In this document: positions 28,201-38,921 of the stretch, one piece after another
Layout: the number at the start of each line of letters is the position of its first letter
Numbering within the stretch: the stretch's first letter is position 1
Assembly: GCA_027623195.1 (NCBI GenBank)
Contig: JAQBUT010000002.1
Location: 64,001 to 128,000, forward strand
Direction: 5' to 3'
Origin: Chloroflexota bacterium
GTDB taxonomy: Bacteria > Chloroflexota > Dehalococcoidia > Lucifugimonadales > JADFKI01
DNA length: 64,000 nucleotides
Position numbers and translations under genes: made by a program
Notes under the pieces: generated by a model
Told to the model about the DNA's origin: nothing
The model's database searches: none
The model's input: the letters and a program-made list of their open reading frames with translations, nothing else

Positions 28201-31200
28201 GAAGACCTGAAACTCGCGGAGAGGATCAGTATTCAGATCGCTGGAGCCATTGACGCCTCTAGATTACATACCAAGCTTCAGAGAGATGCCACGGAGCGAC
28301 AGGTACTGGCAGAGATCAGTCGTATTATTAGCTCTTCGCTGGATGTACACGGCGTTTACACAGGATTCGCGGAGCAAGTCGCAAAGCTGGTCCCCTTCGA
28401 CAGAATCGCCATCAGGGGTTTGGGTTCCGGCCCTAATTCTCTGAAGCACCTGTACACGGCCGGGTTGGAGTTTTCCGGAGCCCCAGCGGCTGGCGAGGAG
28501 TTTTCCAGTTCGGGAACTCTGGCTGAGAGCGTTTTGCGGTTCGGTAAAGGGTTGGTGCTCAATGCTGAAGATGACACAGCCTTCAACCTGACATATCCCG
28601 GATTTGCCTCCTTCTACGGGGCAGGCTTCCGATCTTGCGTTATTGTGCCGTTGGTCTCAGATGACCGAACAATAGGCACCATTTCAATCATGTCGCTTGA
28701 GTACGGCACCCACGATGAGAATCATCTCTCGATTTTGCAGCGCGTCGCCAACCAGATTGCCGGGGCTATTGCCGCCTCATTCCTGCACGGGGTAGTTCAG
28801 CAGGAAGCGGTAGAGAAGGAAGTGCTGGCGGAGATTGGTCGGGTAATAAATTCGTCCGTAAATATACAAGATGTCTATCCTGACTTTTCACGACAGGTGC
28901 ATCGGCTTATACCCTTTGTCAGATTAGCCATTTCCACTCTGTCCGAAGATGAATCATATGCGCAGGTTGCGTCGGTGGACGGTGAAGGAGTGAATGGGCT
29001 TCGGGAGCGGGACGCTGCCCCTGTTGCCGGGTCTCCCCTGGAACTGGCAATTAAAGGAAAACAACCCGTTTTGTTGTCTCTGGACGAGCTACAACAATTT
29101 ACCGAAACCTCTCCAGAAACTGTCGCACTCCTGCAGGCCGGTATATCAGGAATGATTATCGTGCCGCTTCTGAACGGGGATAAAAGCATTGCCACCCTGA
29201 ACATTAGTGGCAATGAGAAGGATCTGACTCGGGCTCATCTAGACTTCGGGAGACGCGTTGGCGCTCAAATTGCCGGGTCCATCGCGAATTCGCAGCTTTA
29301 TGAGGAGCAAAAACGTACGGAAGAGGCGCTGACAGTAAGCGAGGCGCGTTATCGAGACCTCTTCGAAAATGCCAGCGATCTGATACAGAGCGTAACCCTG
29401 GATGGAAAATTCCTGTACGTAAACCAGGCCTGGCGGGATACGTTGGGCTATGCCGAAGATGAGTTGGAAAGCCTGGACTTCTTAGAGATTATTCATGCCG
29501 ACCACAGAGAACATTGCCGGGACCTTTTGCTTAGCCTGCTTGATGGCGAACCACAGATCAATTTGGAAGCTGATTTCGTTACCAAGAGCGGTCAGATTAT
29601 CTCTATCGAGGGCAGGAGCAGTTGTCAATTCCAGGACGGTGTGGCCGTAGCTACTCGTAGCATATTGCGGGACGTTACCATGCGGCGTCAGGCTGAAGCG
29701 GCCTTGCGGAAGACTGAGGCAGAGGCGGCAAGACTAGCCAGTGAGATGAACGCCAGGGCAGCCCAGATCGGTACCCTTACTCAGATGAATAATATTGTTA
29801 TGTCCTCCCTAGATTCAGCTCAGGTGATAAGTGAAATTACCAGAGCTGCTGCCGACATCATGGGCGTCCCACTGGCGGCATTCTGGGCATACGATGAGGA
29901 ATCAGAAACTCTCCGTCTGGGTCCTGGCGGGTTTTCTTCACGGGAGTATCAAGCCGACTTTGGGATTAGCGAAATGAAGGTGGGCGAAGGCGGTTCGGGC
30001 TGGGTGGCGAAGCACAAGGCCCCACTTCAAGTAGAGAACGTATTCGAAGATGATCGTTTCTTAGCGCTTGACTGGATGAAGAGGGCTGGGCTCCAAAGTT
30101 ATTATGGTGTGCCAATTATGGTGAACAGCAAGTTATCTGGGGTACTGGCACTTAACGACAAGGTCCCAATGAATTTTAGCCCCAGTCAAGAGCTTATTCT
30201 GGAACACTACGTTACCCAGATAGTGGCTACCTTACGCAACGCCCAGCTGTACGAGGAGATTCAGACAACGGCCAGGGAAACGGCTATGCTGGCGGATATC
30301 GGACGGCTGTTTAGCTCGGCCACAAATTTGAGCGAGATTTATGAGGAGTTCTCCAAGTTAGTTAACGAACTGGTGCCGGTGGACCGAATAACAGTAAACC
30401 TGTTGGATGGGGATGGGGAACGGCTCACTCTTGCCTATCACAGTGGAGTTCACCTTAAAGACAGGCATCTAGGCGCGGTAATACCATTGGCGGGAACTTT
30501 TTCCGAACAGGCAGTCAGAAGTCGCGCAATTACCGTTTTTAACCCCACGTCGTTAGATGAGGTTAAAGCAACCTATCCTAGCCTCGAGGGACCTTACGGG
30601 GCTGGCATTCGAGCCTTCGTTGGCGTTCCGCTAATTGCCAACGACGAGGTTTTTGGTGCCTTGCAAATGAGGTCTAAAATAGCCAATGCATTTAATGGCA
30701 GGACAGAGGGCCTGGTCCAGAGTATCGCCAACCAGGTAGCCGGCACTATCGCCAGCGCCCAGCTCTATGGTGAAATCCAGGAAACATCTCGGGAGACGGC
30801 CGCACTGGCCGATATTGGTCGACTTTTCAGCTCTGCCAATCAGCTTAGCGACGTTTATGAAGAGTTCGCTCAAATGATCAATCAGCTGGTGCCGTCGGAC
30901 AGAATAACAGTCGATCTCTTGGACGCAGAAAAGAAAAACATCACGATCGAATATCATAGCGGTGTGGAAATCGAAGGCAGAGAGGCCGGGACGAAACTAC
31001 TTCTCCAGGGGACGCTGGCAGAAGCGGCAGTTAAATCCAGGTCGGTCATCGTGCTCAACCCCACACCGGATAATGGAGAGTTGGATAGGTTCCCCAATCT
31101 GGGTGACAATCAAGATCAGGGAATAAAGTCATACATGGTCGTACCGCTTATCGTAAATGACGAGGTTATTGGTACGCTGCAAATGAGATCATTTGCAGCG

Positions 31201-33321
31201 TACGCGTTCAACAGGCGAGCGCAAGGTCTGGTCCAGGGCATTGCCAACCAGGTTGCCGGTACCATCGCCAATGCCAGGCTTAACCAGGAAGCGCAGGAGG
31301 CTCGCGAGGTCGCTGAAGATGCCAACAGCGCGAAAAGCGAGTTTCTGGCCAACATGAGCCATGAAATTCGTACTCCTATGAATGGGGTCATAGGGATGTC
31401 CGACCTCTTGTTGGATACCGACCTGAGCGGAGAGCAACTGGAGTACGTGAACGGCGTCCGGTCTTCCGCAGATTCCCTTTTAGGTATCATCAATGACATT
31501 CTGGACTTCTCTAAAATTGAAGCCAGAAAACTGGATGTAGACGCGCTCAGCTTCAACCTAACCGAGGCCTTGGGTAGCCATATGACTCTGTTCACGGAGC
31601 GCGCAAGTAGCAAAGGTCTGTCCTTGTCTCATTCGATAGACCCTCAGATGCCTGAACTGGTCGTCGGCGATATGCTCCGTATAGGGCAGGTCATGACGAA
31701 TTTGGTGGCCAACGCTATCAAGTTTACTGAGGAAGGCGGAGTAACTGTAGACGTTGCCGTGGAATCCCAAAGTGACAGCGATGTTGATCTCCATTTCAGC
31801 GTGTGGGACACAGGTATTGGGATATCGGAAGACAAACAGAAGCACATATTCGAAGCCTTTTCCCAGGCTGACGGGTCTGTCACGCGGCGCTTCGGAGGCA
31901 CTGGTCTTGGCCTGGCAATCTCATCACAGCTTGTGCACCTTATGGGAGGGCGCATATGGGTGGAAAGTGATGTCAAAAATGGCAGCGCATTCCACTTTCA
32001 CCTTACCTTGCCGAAGGGTACCCCAGAGCTAGAAAAGGTCCCAACGAAGGAGTCCGTTGGGTTGACGGCCCTGGTGATAACAGGGGATGGGTTCGAAAGT
32101 AGTTCTCTTGAGCAAATTTTGTCTGCAAATGGCGTAGCTGTAACGATTGTGAATGATGCCCAAGAAGCCCTGGTTAATTTCGATGATGAAAATATCCCCG
32201 GTCAGCCCTTCGGATTCTTAATTGTGGACGGCGATATGCCTGGAACCGACGGCGAAGATTTTTCGAGGGGCTTAAGGGAACGAGTAGACAGTTCTGGTGT
32301 CCCCGTTATTATGCTCTCGTCACCTCATGATAGAGAGGAACATCAGGGTAGGCCTTATGCCGACATGGTGTCTTTCGTTGACAAGCCTGTAACGGATTCT
32401 GCCTTGGCTGAGGCGATTCGCCACGAAAAGGAAGGCCAAACCGATATCGATGACGTACCTGCGGACTTCTCGGCTCCCGAGGCGCCGACACCTGCAGTGG
32501 ATGTTCCTAAGAATCGTCGTCCGTCTAGATCGCTCCACGTGCTTCTGGTAGAAGACAACGAGGTGAACCAGGTCCTGGCAGCTCGGGTGTTGGAAAAGCA
32601 GGGACATACCTTGGCTTTGGCTAAGCACGGCGAAGAGGCGCTTGCTCTGCTGGAAGAATCTACGTTTGACCTGGTGTTAATGGACGTGCAAATGCCGGTC
32701 ATGGACGGGTTGGAAACGACAAGGCTGATCCGCGACCGGGAGACGGAGACTGGGGAACATCTGCCCATAATAGCTATGACTGCCAACGCCATGAAGGGCG
32801 ATAGGGAGAAGTGCCTGGAGGCGGGCATGGATGATTACGTATCCAAGCCACTGCTCACCCAAGTCTTATTTGAGGCCATGGCCAATGTCCTGGAAAATAA
32901 GACCTCATCTTCAGCGTTTGTGGAGTCGGACAGTGGCGCGGCAGACCTTACGGCGAACCAAAAATCTGCAATGGACCTGGACGCAGCGCTTAAACGCCTT
33001 GGCGGCAGCCCCAAGCTATTCCTCGAACTGTCCGGCATGTTCGTAGATAAGTGCCCCGCATATTCGCGAGACCTGCGAGCGTCCCTTCTAGGGGAGAACG
33101 TTGAGGAGTTCACCAGGCATGCACATTCGCTGAAGGGTGTCCTCGGATTCTTCGTGGCCGATTCGGCGTTCGACATGTCGTTGCAACTGGAAATGCTTGG
33201 TAGGTCAGGCGATCTGACTACGGCCGAACCCATTCTCGTTCAGCTCGAGTCCGAGTTACGTCGTATCTGTGAAGAGATCGAAGAGGCTCGACTGGCCCTC
33301 AGCGCCGGACTTCCCTCTTAG
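25210..33321 (+). CDS. Giant cytoplasmic hybrid histidine kinase: REC - 7xGAF - PAS - 3xGAF - HisKA - HATPase - REC - REC - Hpt
   Basis: Repeated LAEIGRxxSSxLD...PL...IG...QIAGA units; [55 protein letters not shown]. Confidence 0.95.
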   Translation: MYRQHLSILIVDDSDRDVILLERMLRQEGYDITLERTDTAESLRRSLRTQDWDIVVSACRLPTFSAYKALETINELGLDIPLIVVSETVDEMDVVALVKAGAVDFIRKDNLSLVASTVKREIRNAARRREELLAELDHQEILADEFEQTRAEAQKLANENAAIADIGRIVSSTLDFDEICEAVAEPIKSIVPYDRFSLSVRRDDGETIEVRFLAGIEMPSHYVGMVFDFNRSISRDSRRASEGRVFELLESDTAPSQLEKNQIFAEHQKPFYALGLKYGLTAPLISNNQVIGYMAFRSLEEGTYSDYQLGLAERIAPLLAGALASEKLYQQALRESRENEALASIGRAMGSTLDVKTVYGCAYDALKDLVPVDRVSAALIMPDGQHMISNYFAGIEMPGRRVGEIFPIRDVLRFVIDSRTGHLMQGAEYEDIKSDRSQFINSGLQSQMVVPMVSEDEVIGLIFVRSTKPLAYTPRDLALAERIGLQIAGAVAKARLHEQMQHLGNERQVLSEIGKVISSSSKLDDVYEELAKLVKRIVPYDRFSIWTITEDNRRRGAFRTGMTLDEIDNPEFIVDLGENVEKALRAQAPVLSVPDAKRNLIEHSRIRDSALAQGIRGVITAPLISDGHVVGVLIVGTIVEDSYSQNEMDLLERVANQIAGAMSIALLAENLKLAETAALQLARENDAVAEIGRTITSSIDISDVYEKFGELVREFIPFDHTVIALIESVNNRMSMAYVYGEEVSGRRVGEFSNLSDDFLKDMNIEHGGFILHLEDDEELVASQYSRYLPGYRVGARSFLTVPLVSEGETIGLIRFWSKERNAYTEKQLLFCGRIARQISGAVKNAQMHKVIQREAEERKILAEIGRVTSFSLDLDEVYSTFAEQVRRLIAYDRVAIGLIDEEQDNLTIAFVVGSAVKGREPGDFISLNGTHSRDVIRRRDGVLTQETDESEIKSLFPGLMPLFEAGLRSFITMPLVSNDKVIGTFHLHSVQENMYSAEDLKLAERISIQIAGAIDASRLHTKLQRDATERQVLAEISRIISSSLDVHGVYTGFAEQVAKLVPFDRIAIRGLGSGPNSLKHLYTAGLEFSGAPAAGEEFSSSGTLAESVLRFGKGLVLNAEDDTAFNLTYPGFASFYGAGFRSCVIVPLVSDDRTIGTISIMSLEYGTHDENHLSILQRVANQIAGAIAASFLHGVVQQEAVEKEVLAEIGRVINSSVNIQDVYPDFSRQVHRLIPFVRLAISTLSEDESYAQVASVDGEGVNGLRERDAAPVAGSPLELAIKGKQPVLLSLDELQQFTETSPETVALLQAGISGMIIVPLLNGDKSIATLNISGNEKDLTRAHLDFGRRVGAQIAGSIANSQLYEEQKRTEEALTVSEARYRDLFENASDLIQSVTLDGKFLYVNQAWRDTLGYAEDELESLDFLEIIHADHREHCRDLLLSLLDGEPQINLEADFVTKSGQIISIEGRSSCQFQDGVAVATRSILRDVTMRRQAEAALRKTEAEAARLASEMNARAAQIGTLTQMNNIVMSSLDSAQVISEITRAAADIMGVPLAAFWAYDEESETLRLGPGGFSSREYQADFGISEMKVGEGGSGWVAKHKAPLQVENVFEDDRFLALDWMKRAGLQSYYGVPIMVNSKLSGVLALNDKVPMNFSPSQELILEHYVTQIVATLRNAQLYEEIQTTARETAMLADIGRLFSSATNLSEIYEEFSKLVNELVPVDRITVNLLDGDGERLTLAYHSGVHLKDRHLGAVIPLAGTFSEQAVRSRAITVFNPTSLDEVKATYPSLEGPYGAGIRAFVGVPLIANDEVFGALQMRSKIANAFNGRTEGLVQSIANQVAGTIASAQLYGEIQETSRETAALADIGRLFSSANQLSDVYEEFAQMINQLVPSDRITVDLLDAEKKNITIEYHSGVEIEGREAGTKLLLQGTLAEAAVKSRSVIVLNPTPDNGELDRFPNLGDNQDQGIKSYMVVPLIVNDEVIGTLQMRSFAAYAFNRRAQGLVQGIANQVAGTIANARLNQEAQEAREVAEDANSAKSEFLANMSHEIRTPMNGVIGMSDLLLDTDLSGEQLEYVNGVRSSADSLLGIINDILDFSKIEARKLDVDALSFNLTEALGSHMTLFTERASSKGLSLSHSIDPQMPELVVGDMLRIGQVMTNLVANAIKFTEEGGVTVDVAVESQSDSDVDLHFSVWDTGIGISEDKQKHIFEAFSQADGSVTRRFGGTGLGLAISSQLVHLMGGRIWVESDVKNGSAFHFHLTLPKGTPELEKVPTKESVGLTALVITGDGFESSSLEQILSANGVAVTIVNDAQEALVNFDDENIPGQPFGFLIVDGDMPGTDGEDFSRGLRERVDSSGVPVIMLSSPHDREEHQGRPYADMVSFVDKPVTDSALAEAIRHEKEGQTDIDDVPADFSAPEAPTPAVDVPKNRRPSRSLHVLLVEDNEVNQVLAARVLEKQGHTLALAKHGEEALALLEESTFDLVLMDVQMPVMDGLETTRLIRDRETETGEHLPIIAMTANAMKGDREKCLEAGMDDYVSKPLLTQVLFEAMANVLENKTSSSAFVESDSGAADLTANQKSAMDLDAALKRLGGSPKLFLELSGMFVDKCPAYSRDLRASLLGENVEEFTRHAHSLKGVLGFFVADSAFDMSLQLEMLGRSGDLTTAEPILVQLESELRRICEEIEEARLALSAGLPS

Positions 33322-33394
33322 CCAGCCACAACTCAGTTTCGAGTCCTTGCTTTTAACGACGTAGCCCATCCATTAGTCCGGGATACGGCGCACC

Positions 33395-33745
33395 TCAGTC
33401 GGGGAACACCTCGGCCATTGCTTTCTTGTCCGTGCCCACCACTACTCGATTACCGACCTTTATCAGCGGCCTGCGAACGAGTCGTGGCTCCTCAAGCATC
33501 AAGCGAATTAGATCGTCTTCGGAAAGCTCGTCTGGCTTGAGTTCCATCTTCTTTACAGAGGGGCTTCGGTACGAGAATATTGCCGACGCGGGTGTGTCGC
33601 CCAGCAATTCCCGCAACTCCTGTTCTGTGAACTGGTCCTGAAAGAAGTCCCTCTCGTCCAGCTCAACACCACCTTGTGAAAGCGACGCCTTCACCTTCTT
33701 GCAAGTGCTTCAGCGGGTCCAGGTGTAATATTTTGCAGTGGTCAA
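33395..33745 (-). CDS. ArsC/Spx-family selenoprotein; Sec at codon 12 (TGA 33712-33710)
   Basis: GGAGG + TTG 33745 in frame: MTTAKYYTWTR-U-STCKK; EPRLVRRP motif; SECIS-like hairpin. Confidence 0.85.
33676..33694 (-). promoter_or_regulatory. Putative bacterial SECIS element
   Basis: GUGAAGGC-GUC-GCUUUCAC; loop begins with G, 24 nt after UGA. Confidence 0.6.
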
Positions 33746-33771
33746 TTCGGCCTCCAAAATTGGTGGTCTGC

Positions 33772-33888
33772 TTATCGGGGCTTGGGGGGAGGTGGCGGCG
33801 GAATATCCTTTTTTATCACAGGACCTGTTGGCGGCGGATCCTTCTGAGGCTTGGCCATCAATGCGTTTGCGTTTAGTTCATTCAGCAT
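33772..33888 (-). CDS. Putative 38-aa proline-rich small protein
   Basis: MLNELNANALMAKPQKDPPPTGPVIKKDIPPPPPPKPR; GGGAGG upstream; overlaps the preceding gene's stop. Confidence 0.4.
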   Translation of the reverse strand: MLNELNANALMAKPQKDPPPTGPVIKKDIPPPPPPKPR

Positions 33889-34457
33889 CGTCTAATTCTT
33901 CCTCCCGCGAACTTACCAGATTCGAGAGATCATGAACAGTTCTAGCCTCCAGGCCTTTGGCACTATTGGACTGATAGTAGGATATCACTTGAATGGTCTC
34001 TGCTGGATCGGGAATGACCAATTTGGTAATGCAATTCCTCTGTGTCCGCTGGCTCGATGTCAAAACCATCACTCAGCGCAAGCGGACGCTCATCAATCAC
34101 TGGCCACATGTAATCTGGAGCGCTCTCTTCGACCGCAAATGCACGGTGCAACTGTGATAGCTCTTCATGCTCAATTGGTTTTATTAGAAGAATTCTAGTC
34201 CAACCGTGCGACGAGTCCAAAGACCAGACAACTCTACCCGTATTTGAGAATACCACACTCACGAATACGTGGACTGTATTGGCGGTTAGCCGTCGGTGGG
34301 AAATTCGGTGAGTTATGCTGACCCGTGGTACAGATTCTCTAAATATGCCGAAACGGTAGATTGCCCATATGCCAACGCTCAAAACCGCGACGACCTGAAC
34401 GAATTTCAGCACAGCGTCGATAAATAAGTTGACATTCTCTAGCGTGATCTCAGTCAA
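33878..34457 (-). pseudogene. Single-TM hypothetical protein with an apparent frameshift near 34022
   Basis: Removing one A from TACCAAATTGGTC joins ...EELHYQ to LVIPDPAETIQVISYY...DDAE. Confidence 0.55.
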
Positions 34458-34482
34458 AGTGGCTGCTTCACTCCGATACCGG

Positions 34483-35781
34483 CTAGTCCCATTCCTCTAC
34501 GCGTATGAGGTTGCCGATAGAGTTTACAACGTCAAGTTCGCTGATCAATCGAAGCGCTTCTTGCAGGGAAGACTCCTTGGCCCGATGCGTCATCAGCACT
34601 ATCTCAGCCCGTTGCGCCTCGTCGTCGGTCTCCTTCTGTATGGCGGACGCGATGCTGATGTCCAGTTCGCCTAGCACGCCGAGTATCTGCGCAAATACGC
34701 CGGGTCGCTCTGCGACGTTCAGCCTCATGTAGTATTTGGTCTCCAACTCGCTCATGGGCTTGATGCGAATTTCGTCCGAAAGCTTTAAAAGAGGGGGAGC
34801 GATAACGTTGCCAACGACGTTTCGAGCTATGCCCACCATGTCGGCGAGCACAGCGCTGGTGGTCGGCATGTCCCCTGCCCCGCGACCGTGAAACAGCACC
34901 CTTCCGGCCAGGTCAGTCTGTACCTCAACCGCGTTCAATACTCCATCCACTTTGGCGATCATTACGTCTTTCGGCACCAGCGCAGGGTGTACCCTAACCT
35001 GCACTGCGCCATTGTCTTTGCTGGCGATGGCGAGGAGCTTTATGGCGTAGCCCAACTCCTTGGCGTACTGGAAATCTTGCGCCGTCAATTTCGTTATGCC
35101 CTCGCTGTAGACGTCCACATCCTTTACCCTGGCCCGAAAGCCCAACGTCGACAGGATAGCCAGTTTGTATGCCGCGTCAATCCCTTCCACGTCATTAGTC
35201 GGGTCCGACTCGGCGTAGCCCAAGGCCTGCGCCTCTTTCAATACTTCTCCGAAGTCCGAACCCTCCTGGGACATCTTCGTCAGGATGTAGTTCGTGGTGC
35301 CGTTGATAATGCCATGAATTGTGAGAACCTCGTTTGCCACCAGGTCTCGCAAGAGCGGCGCGATGATGGGCGTGCCTCCTGCGACGCTGGCCTCAAAAAG
35401 AACCTGAACACCCTTCTCCGTGGCCTGCGTCAAAATATCCGGACCGTGCTTGGCCATGACCTCTTTGTTCGCGGTGACCACGTGTTTGCCTAGGGAAATG
35501 GCCTTCAGTATGTATTCTAGAGCCGGATCCTCGCCGCCCATTAGTTCAACAATGATGTCGACTTTTGGATTCTCGAGAACGTCTTGCGCGTTTGTAGTAA
35601 GCAGTGCGGCAGGGGCGTCGAAAGATCGGGCCCGCGCGATATCGCGCACCAGTATGCCTTCGACAGTGACGGGCGCGCCAACCAGGTGTTGGATTTGATG
35701 TCCTTTTTCCGCCAGGACCCTGGCTACGCCGCCACCGACTACACCCATTCCCAAAAGACCGATTCCGACCAATTCCTTCAT
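34483..35781 (-). CDS. hom: Homoserine dehydrogenase with C-terminal ACT domain
   Basis: GLLGMGVVG, VTANK, EASVAGGTP, NGTTNYIL, DVEGIDAA.KL, ACT ERPGV. Confidence 0.95.
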   Translation of the reverse strand: MKELVGIGLLGMGVVGGGVARVLAEKGHQIQHLVGAPVTVEGILVRDIARARSFDAPAALLTTNAQDVLENPKVDIIVELMGGEDPALEYILKAISLGKHVVTANKEVMAKHGPDILTQATEKGVQVLFEASVAGGTPIIAPLLRDLVANEVLTIHGIINGTTNYILTKMSQEGSDFGEVLKEAQALGYAESDPTNDVEGIDAAYKLAILSTLGFRARVKDVDVYSEGITKLTAQDFQYAKELGYAIKLLAIASKDNGAVQVRVHPALVPKDVMIAKVDGVLNAVEVQTDLAGRVLFHGRGAGDMPTTSAVLADMVGIARNVVGNVIAPPLLKLSDEIRIKPMSELETKYYMRLNVAERPGVFAQILGVLGELDISIASAIQKETDDEAQRAEIVLMTHRAKESSLQEALRLISELDVVNSIGNLIRVEEWD

Positions 35782-35833
35782 GACATGTCCTATCTGTTTA
35801 ACTGAAGCGTCCTTTTCATTACCCTACGCATTA

Positions 35834-35867
35834 AGAGGGGCGGCCCTCCGTGGCGGGCCGCCCCTCT
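35834..35867. terminator. GC-rich hairpin, probable terminator between the SurA-like gene and hom
   Basis: 13-bp perfect inverted repeat AGAGGGGCGGCCC/GGGCCGCCCCTCT. Confidence 0.65.
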
Positions 35868-35908
35868 ATCGTATCCCTATTCGATTGTAATGTTAACACT
35901 CTATGGAG

Positions 35909-37102
35909 TTACGGCGCTGAAATCAAACCCTGATCCTTGAACAGTTGCTGGTACGGATCATCCGGCACAGGTGTCGGCAAAATGCTGGTGGAGATTCCTA
36001 GTTGTTCTATAATCCAGGCGTAAATTTCGGAATTGAACACGGCGTAAACCTCGTGGTCTCGCCGGTGTTCGTTGATCCAATCATCCAAAGCGTTGTTCCT
36101 TAAAGTTTCCACATGGCCGGGGTGGACATCGCGGAGTTCATCTACTTCAGAGACCATGAAAATGAGTGTGTCATTTTGCACGTCGCGATTCCGAACGGGG
36201 TCTGAAAGTCTCCCCATCTCTAATGTGGCTATGACATCGTCGTAATCTTTGATGATGCCCAGGGGGAGCCATCCCAGGTCTCCTCCGATACGGAGGCTCT
36301 CTGCCGGCTCACGAGAGAACTCCCTGGTTATGTTTTTGAAAGCCTCCGCTAGAATTTGGGGATCGGTGTTGGTTCGCACCATGTCCTGATACTTGGTGCG
36401 CATAACGTCTGCCTCGTCTCCAGACTGAAGAGTCAGTCGATAGACATGGTACTGCTTGGCCACAAGGGGGACGCTCTCGCCTACGAATATCCTTACCTTT
36501 TGACGAAGTATGATTCGCCGGACGATGTCGCGGTGCTCTTTCTCGTTGATCTGGCTTTCGTTCAGAAAGCGGCCATACTGCTCGTCGAACTCCCTTTCGA
36601 GCTGGTCTGGGGATTTGCCGAAAGGGTCAACTCCAGATGAGAGCGTGATGGAGAAATTGATCTGAGCATCAACCTCCTCTTCGGACACAGTAATGCCGAG
36701 GGAAGGGGCGGTCTGGGCTATAATCTCATTTTCCACGATTAGCTGGAGCGCCTGAAAAACATCTGTACTGTTGTCCAGCCGTTCGCCAGTCTGTTCCAGA
36801 GACCTTTGTCGCACTCTGAGAATCTTGACCATGTCTCCGCGTGAGTATTCAATGTCGTTAACTCGCACGACGAGCTGTTGCGGAGGCCTTACGAATATGA
36901 TGACGTAGCCAGCCAACAGGATCCCGACAATGACCAACATCAGAGCGCCGATGATAGCGAACGCGTATCGCCTTCGGCGTTTCAGTTGCTGTATGCGGAC
37001 GACCTCGGAACGGCGATCTGGCCGCGCCGGGTTCGGCTGCGTCATGCTCGGCTGTTGGCTAGGTTCCTGCCCAGATGGTAATCCCTGCGCATCATCAACC
37101 AC
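35909..37102 (-). CDS. Membrane-anchored SurA/PrsA-like foldase (parvulin-like)
   Basis: N-terminal TM; VVRVN, LGITVSEEEVD, GGDLGW. Confidence 0.8.
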   Translation of the reverse strand: MVDDAQGLPSGQEPSQQPSMTQPNPARPDRRSEVVRIQQLKRRRRYAFAIIGALMLVIVGILLAGYVIIFVRPPQQLVVRVNDIEYSRGDMVKILRVRQRSLEQTGERLDNSTDVFQALQLIVENEIIAQTAPSLGITVSEEEVDAQINFSITLSSGVDPFGKSPDQLEREFDEQYGRFLNESQINEKEHRDIVRRIILRQKVRIFVGESVPLVAKQYHVYRLTLQSGDEADVMRTKYQDMVRTNTDPQILAEAFKNITREFSREPAESLRIGGDLGWLPLGIIKDYDDVIATLEMGRLSDPVRNRDVQNDTLIFMVSEVDELRDVHPGHVETLRNNALDDWINEHRRDHEVYAVFNSEIYAWIIEQLGISTSILPTPVPDDPYQQLFKDQGLISAP

Positions 37103-37132
37103 TAAACAATCCCCTTGCTAAGGTGTTTGGCC

Positions 37133-37426
37133 TTAACCGGCGAATCCGCCACCGGGGAGGCGATGGTCAGGGCTGAAGGGAATCATGGCGAGAAGCCGCG
37201 CCCTCTTGATGGCTGTGGAAAGCCCTCGCTGGTGTTTGGAGCAGACGCCAGTCTTTCTTCGTGCCTCGATCTTGTACCTGTCGGACAAGAAACGCCTCAG
37301 GCGGTCAACCTGTTTGTAGTCGACCTCCTTGATATGATCCACACAGAATGTGCATACCTTGCGTCGCGCGTAAAACCTTGGTCGGCCTCGCCTGTGAGGG
37401 GGGCCGGCGGAACGTTGCTGTGTCAT
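37133..37426 (-). CDS. rpsR: 30S ribosomal protein S18 (Zn-motif type)
   Basis: RRKVCTFC, VDYK, TGVCSKHQR..AIKRAR. Confidence 0.96.
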   Translation of the reverse strand: MTQQRSAGPPHRRGRPRFYARRKVCTFCVDHIKEVDYKQVDRLRRFLSDRYKIEARRKTGVCSKHQRGLSTAIKRARLLAMIPFSPDHRLPGGGFAG

Positions 37427-37532
37427 GCTCTTCCTCTGAAATGCTCCGATTTACTCTTTAATTGACTCATATTAACGCCTGACTCCGCAAGGCTGCGTGG
37501 GGGGTTAAATTGCCCGCCGCGCCAAGCCAGAG

Positions 37533-37961
37533 CTACCAGGGAAGGTCCTCGGCATCGCCCACTGCCATAGCAGGGTCCTCCTCGCCTTCAAATGCCGGTG
37601 TGCCCGAATCTTCGAACGATCCTGAAGAGGGTGTCCTGTCCAGGAATATAACGCGGTTGGCAATGATTTCGTTACGAAACCGTGATTGACCGTCCTGGCC
37701 AGTCCAGGTGTTGCTCTTGATCCTGCCCTCGACGTAGACCCTTCGGCCTTTCGCCAGGAACTGGTTGCACTGCTCAGCCAACTGATTCCACGCCACCACT
37801 GTGAACCATTCCGTTTCCTGCTTTCGCTCACCGTCCGACGCCGTGTAAGAACGGCCTGTCGCAAGCCTGAAGGAGGTCACTGGATTGCCGTTAGGCGTGT
37901 AACGCATCTCCGGATCCGTCCCAACGTTTCCAATGGCTATCATTTTGTTTAGCCCGACCAT
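37533..37961 (-). CDS. ssb: Single-stranded DNA-binding protein
   Basis: LNKMIAIGNVGTDPEMRYT, TEWF, KGRRVYVEG, acidic tail DLPW. Confidence 0.96.
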   Translation of the reverse strand: MVGLNKMIAIGNVGTDPEMRYTPNGNPVTSFRLATGRSYTASDGERKQETEWFTVVAWNQLAEQCNQFLAKGRRVYVEGRIKSNTWTGQDGQSRFRNEIIANRVIFLDRTPSSGSFEDSGTPAFEGEEDPAMAVGDAEDLPW

Positions 37962-38016
37962 GGATCATCTCCTTACGGGTGCGGATTATTGGCAATCCAA
38001 CTCTAATCGGCGGCTG

Positions 38017-38313
38017 TTACTTCTTAGTGACCAAGTGCCGGAGAATATCTTCGGACGTGGTCAAATTTCGGTTCAACTCCAAAACGTCCTTGGCGTCTAG
38101 CGAGAAGTGCGCCAGCACGTAAATGCCTTCTAGGAACTTATTGATCGGGTAGGCCATGCGGCGTAGGCCCCAGATATCGTGGTCCGCCAAGGTGCCGCCG
38201 TGTTCCGATATGTAACCGGAAACGCGCTCCATGATTGCTGCCACTTCTTCCTCGTTGGCCTGAGGCGTGAGGATCAGCACTATTTCGTAATCTCGCAAAC
38301 GTTGAGCTACCAA
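38017..38313 (-). CDS. rpsF: 30S ribosomal protein S6
   Basis: RDYE, WGLRRMAYPINK..EGIY, ILRHL; rpsF-ssb-rpsR gene order. Confidence 0.96.
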   Translation of the reverse strand: MVAQRLRDYEIVLILTPQANEEEVAAIMERVSGYISEHGGTLADHDIWGLRRMAYPINKFLEGIYVLAHFSLDAKDVLELNRNLTTSEDILRHLVTKK

Positions 38314-38349
38314 AGTCGACTCCCAATTCTTTTAAAGCCAATAGCAATA

Positions 38350-38394
38350 GCCGCTCCACACGTGGCTATCCGAAGAGTATACGTCAGGAACGGC
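38350..38394 (-). promoter_or_regulatory. Putative S6:S18 autoregulatory leader structure
   Basis: GCCGUUCC/GGAGCGGC stem, inner ACGU/ACGU stem, CUUCGG tetraloop and unpaired CC; located in the rpsF 5' UTR. Confidence 0.45.
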
Positions 38395-38428
38395 AGTTAG
38401 TACTAATGCTGCCAAATTTACCCAGAAA

Positions 38429-38458
38429 ATTATATCACGCTCGTTTGCATCTCTACAA
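38429..38458 (-). promoter_or_regulatory. Putative rpsF promoter (extended -10)
   Basis: Minus strand TTGTAG-N18-TATAAT with TGn extension. Confidence 0.55.
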
Positions 38459-38758
38459 TGAAATCGGGCCGCTCGTTTTCGATTCATGCCTTTTTAAATT
38501 GGCGGCGCCGTGAATCGAAGGGGCAACGGCCCGTACATTTGCTGCGCAATCGACCGGGGGGGCCTTAGGGCATTGCACAGTTCATGGTGATGGTTCATAA
38601 AATAAGGGCAGGTCGATTTGGGGAAAAAGGAAGAGAAGCCATTCCCAAATTGTTGATACACGGGTATTTCCCCTATTTCCCCAAGGGTAGCGTCCCGATA
38701 GGGCTTCTAAGTAAACCCAATTCATGTCATTAGGTGGTTACTTTACCCCCAAGGCTGT

Positions 38759-38788
38759 TTGACAGAATGCGGGTCGGCCAACTAGTAT
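38759..38788 (+). promoter_or_regulatory. Putative sigma70 promoter of the panD operon
   Basis: TTGACA-N18-TAGTAT. Confidence 0.6.
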
Positions 38789-38794
38789 GGAGAA

Positions 38795-38921
38795 AATTCG
38801 GTTGGCCCGTAAAGGCCGAACCAATTGTTTGCGAAACTTACGTTATGCCGATTGGGATACATATGAATAGAGATAAGATTTCCTGAATGGCGGCTCGCAT
38901 GGGCACCGCCATTCAGGAAAT
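38795..38921 (+). ncRNA. Structured 5' leader (two hairpins) of the panD-methyltransferase operon, function unknown
   Basis: Bulged hairpin 38795-38826 and perfect 16-bp stem ATTTCCTGAATGGCGG/CCGCCATTCAGGAAAT (38878-38921). Confidence 0.4.

Noticed and set aside
38350..38405. Resemblance of the rpsF leader (UUCCUGACGU...GGAGC) to the SAM-SAH riboswitch
   Set aside because: Only a short similarity; the context upstream of rpsF fits an S6:S18 leader better.
38787..38870. 27-aa ORF (MEKIRLARK...) as a leader peptide of panD
   Set aside because: Its ATG overlaps the predicted -10 box, it has no RBS and no informative codon run.
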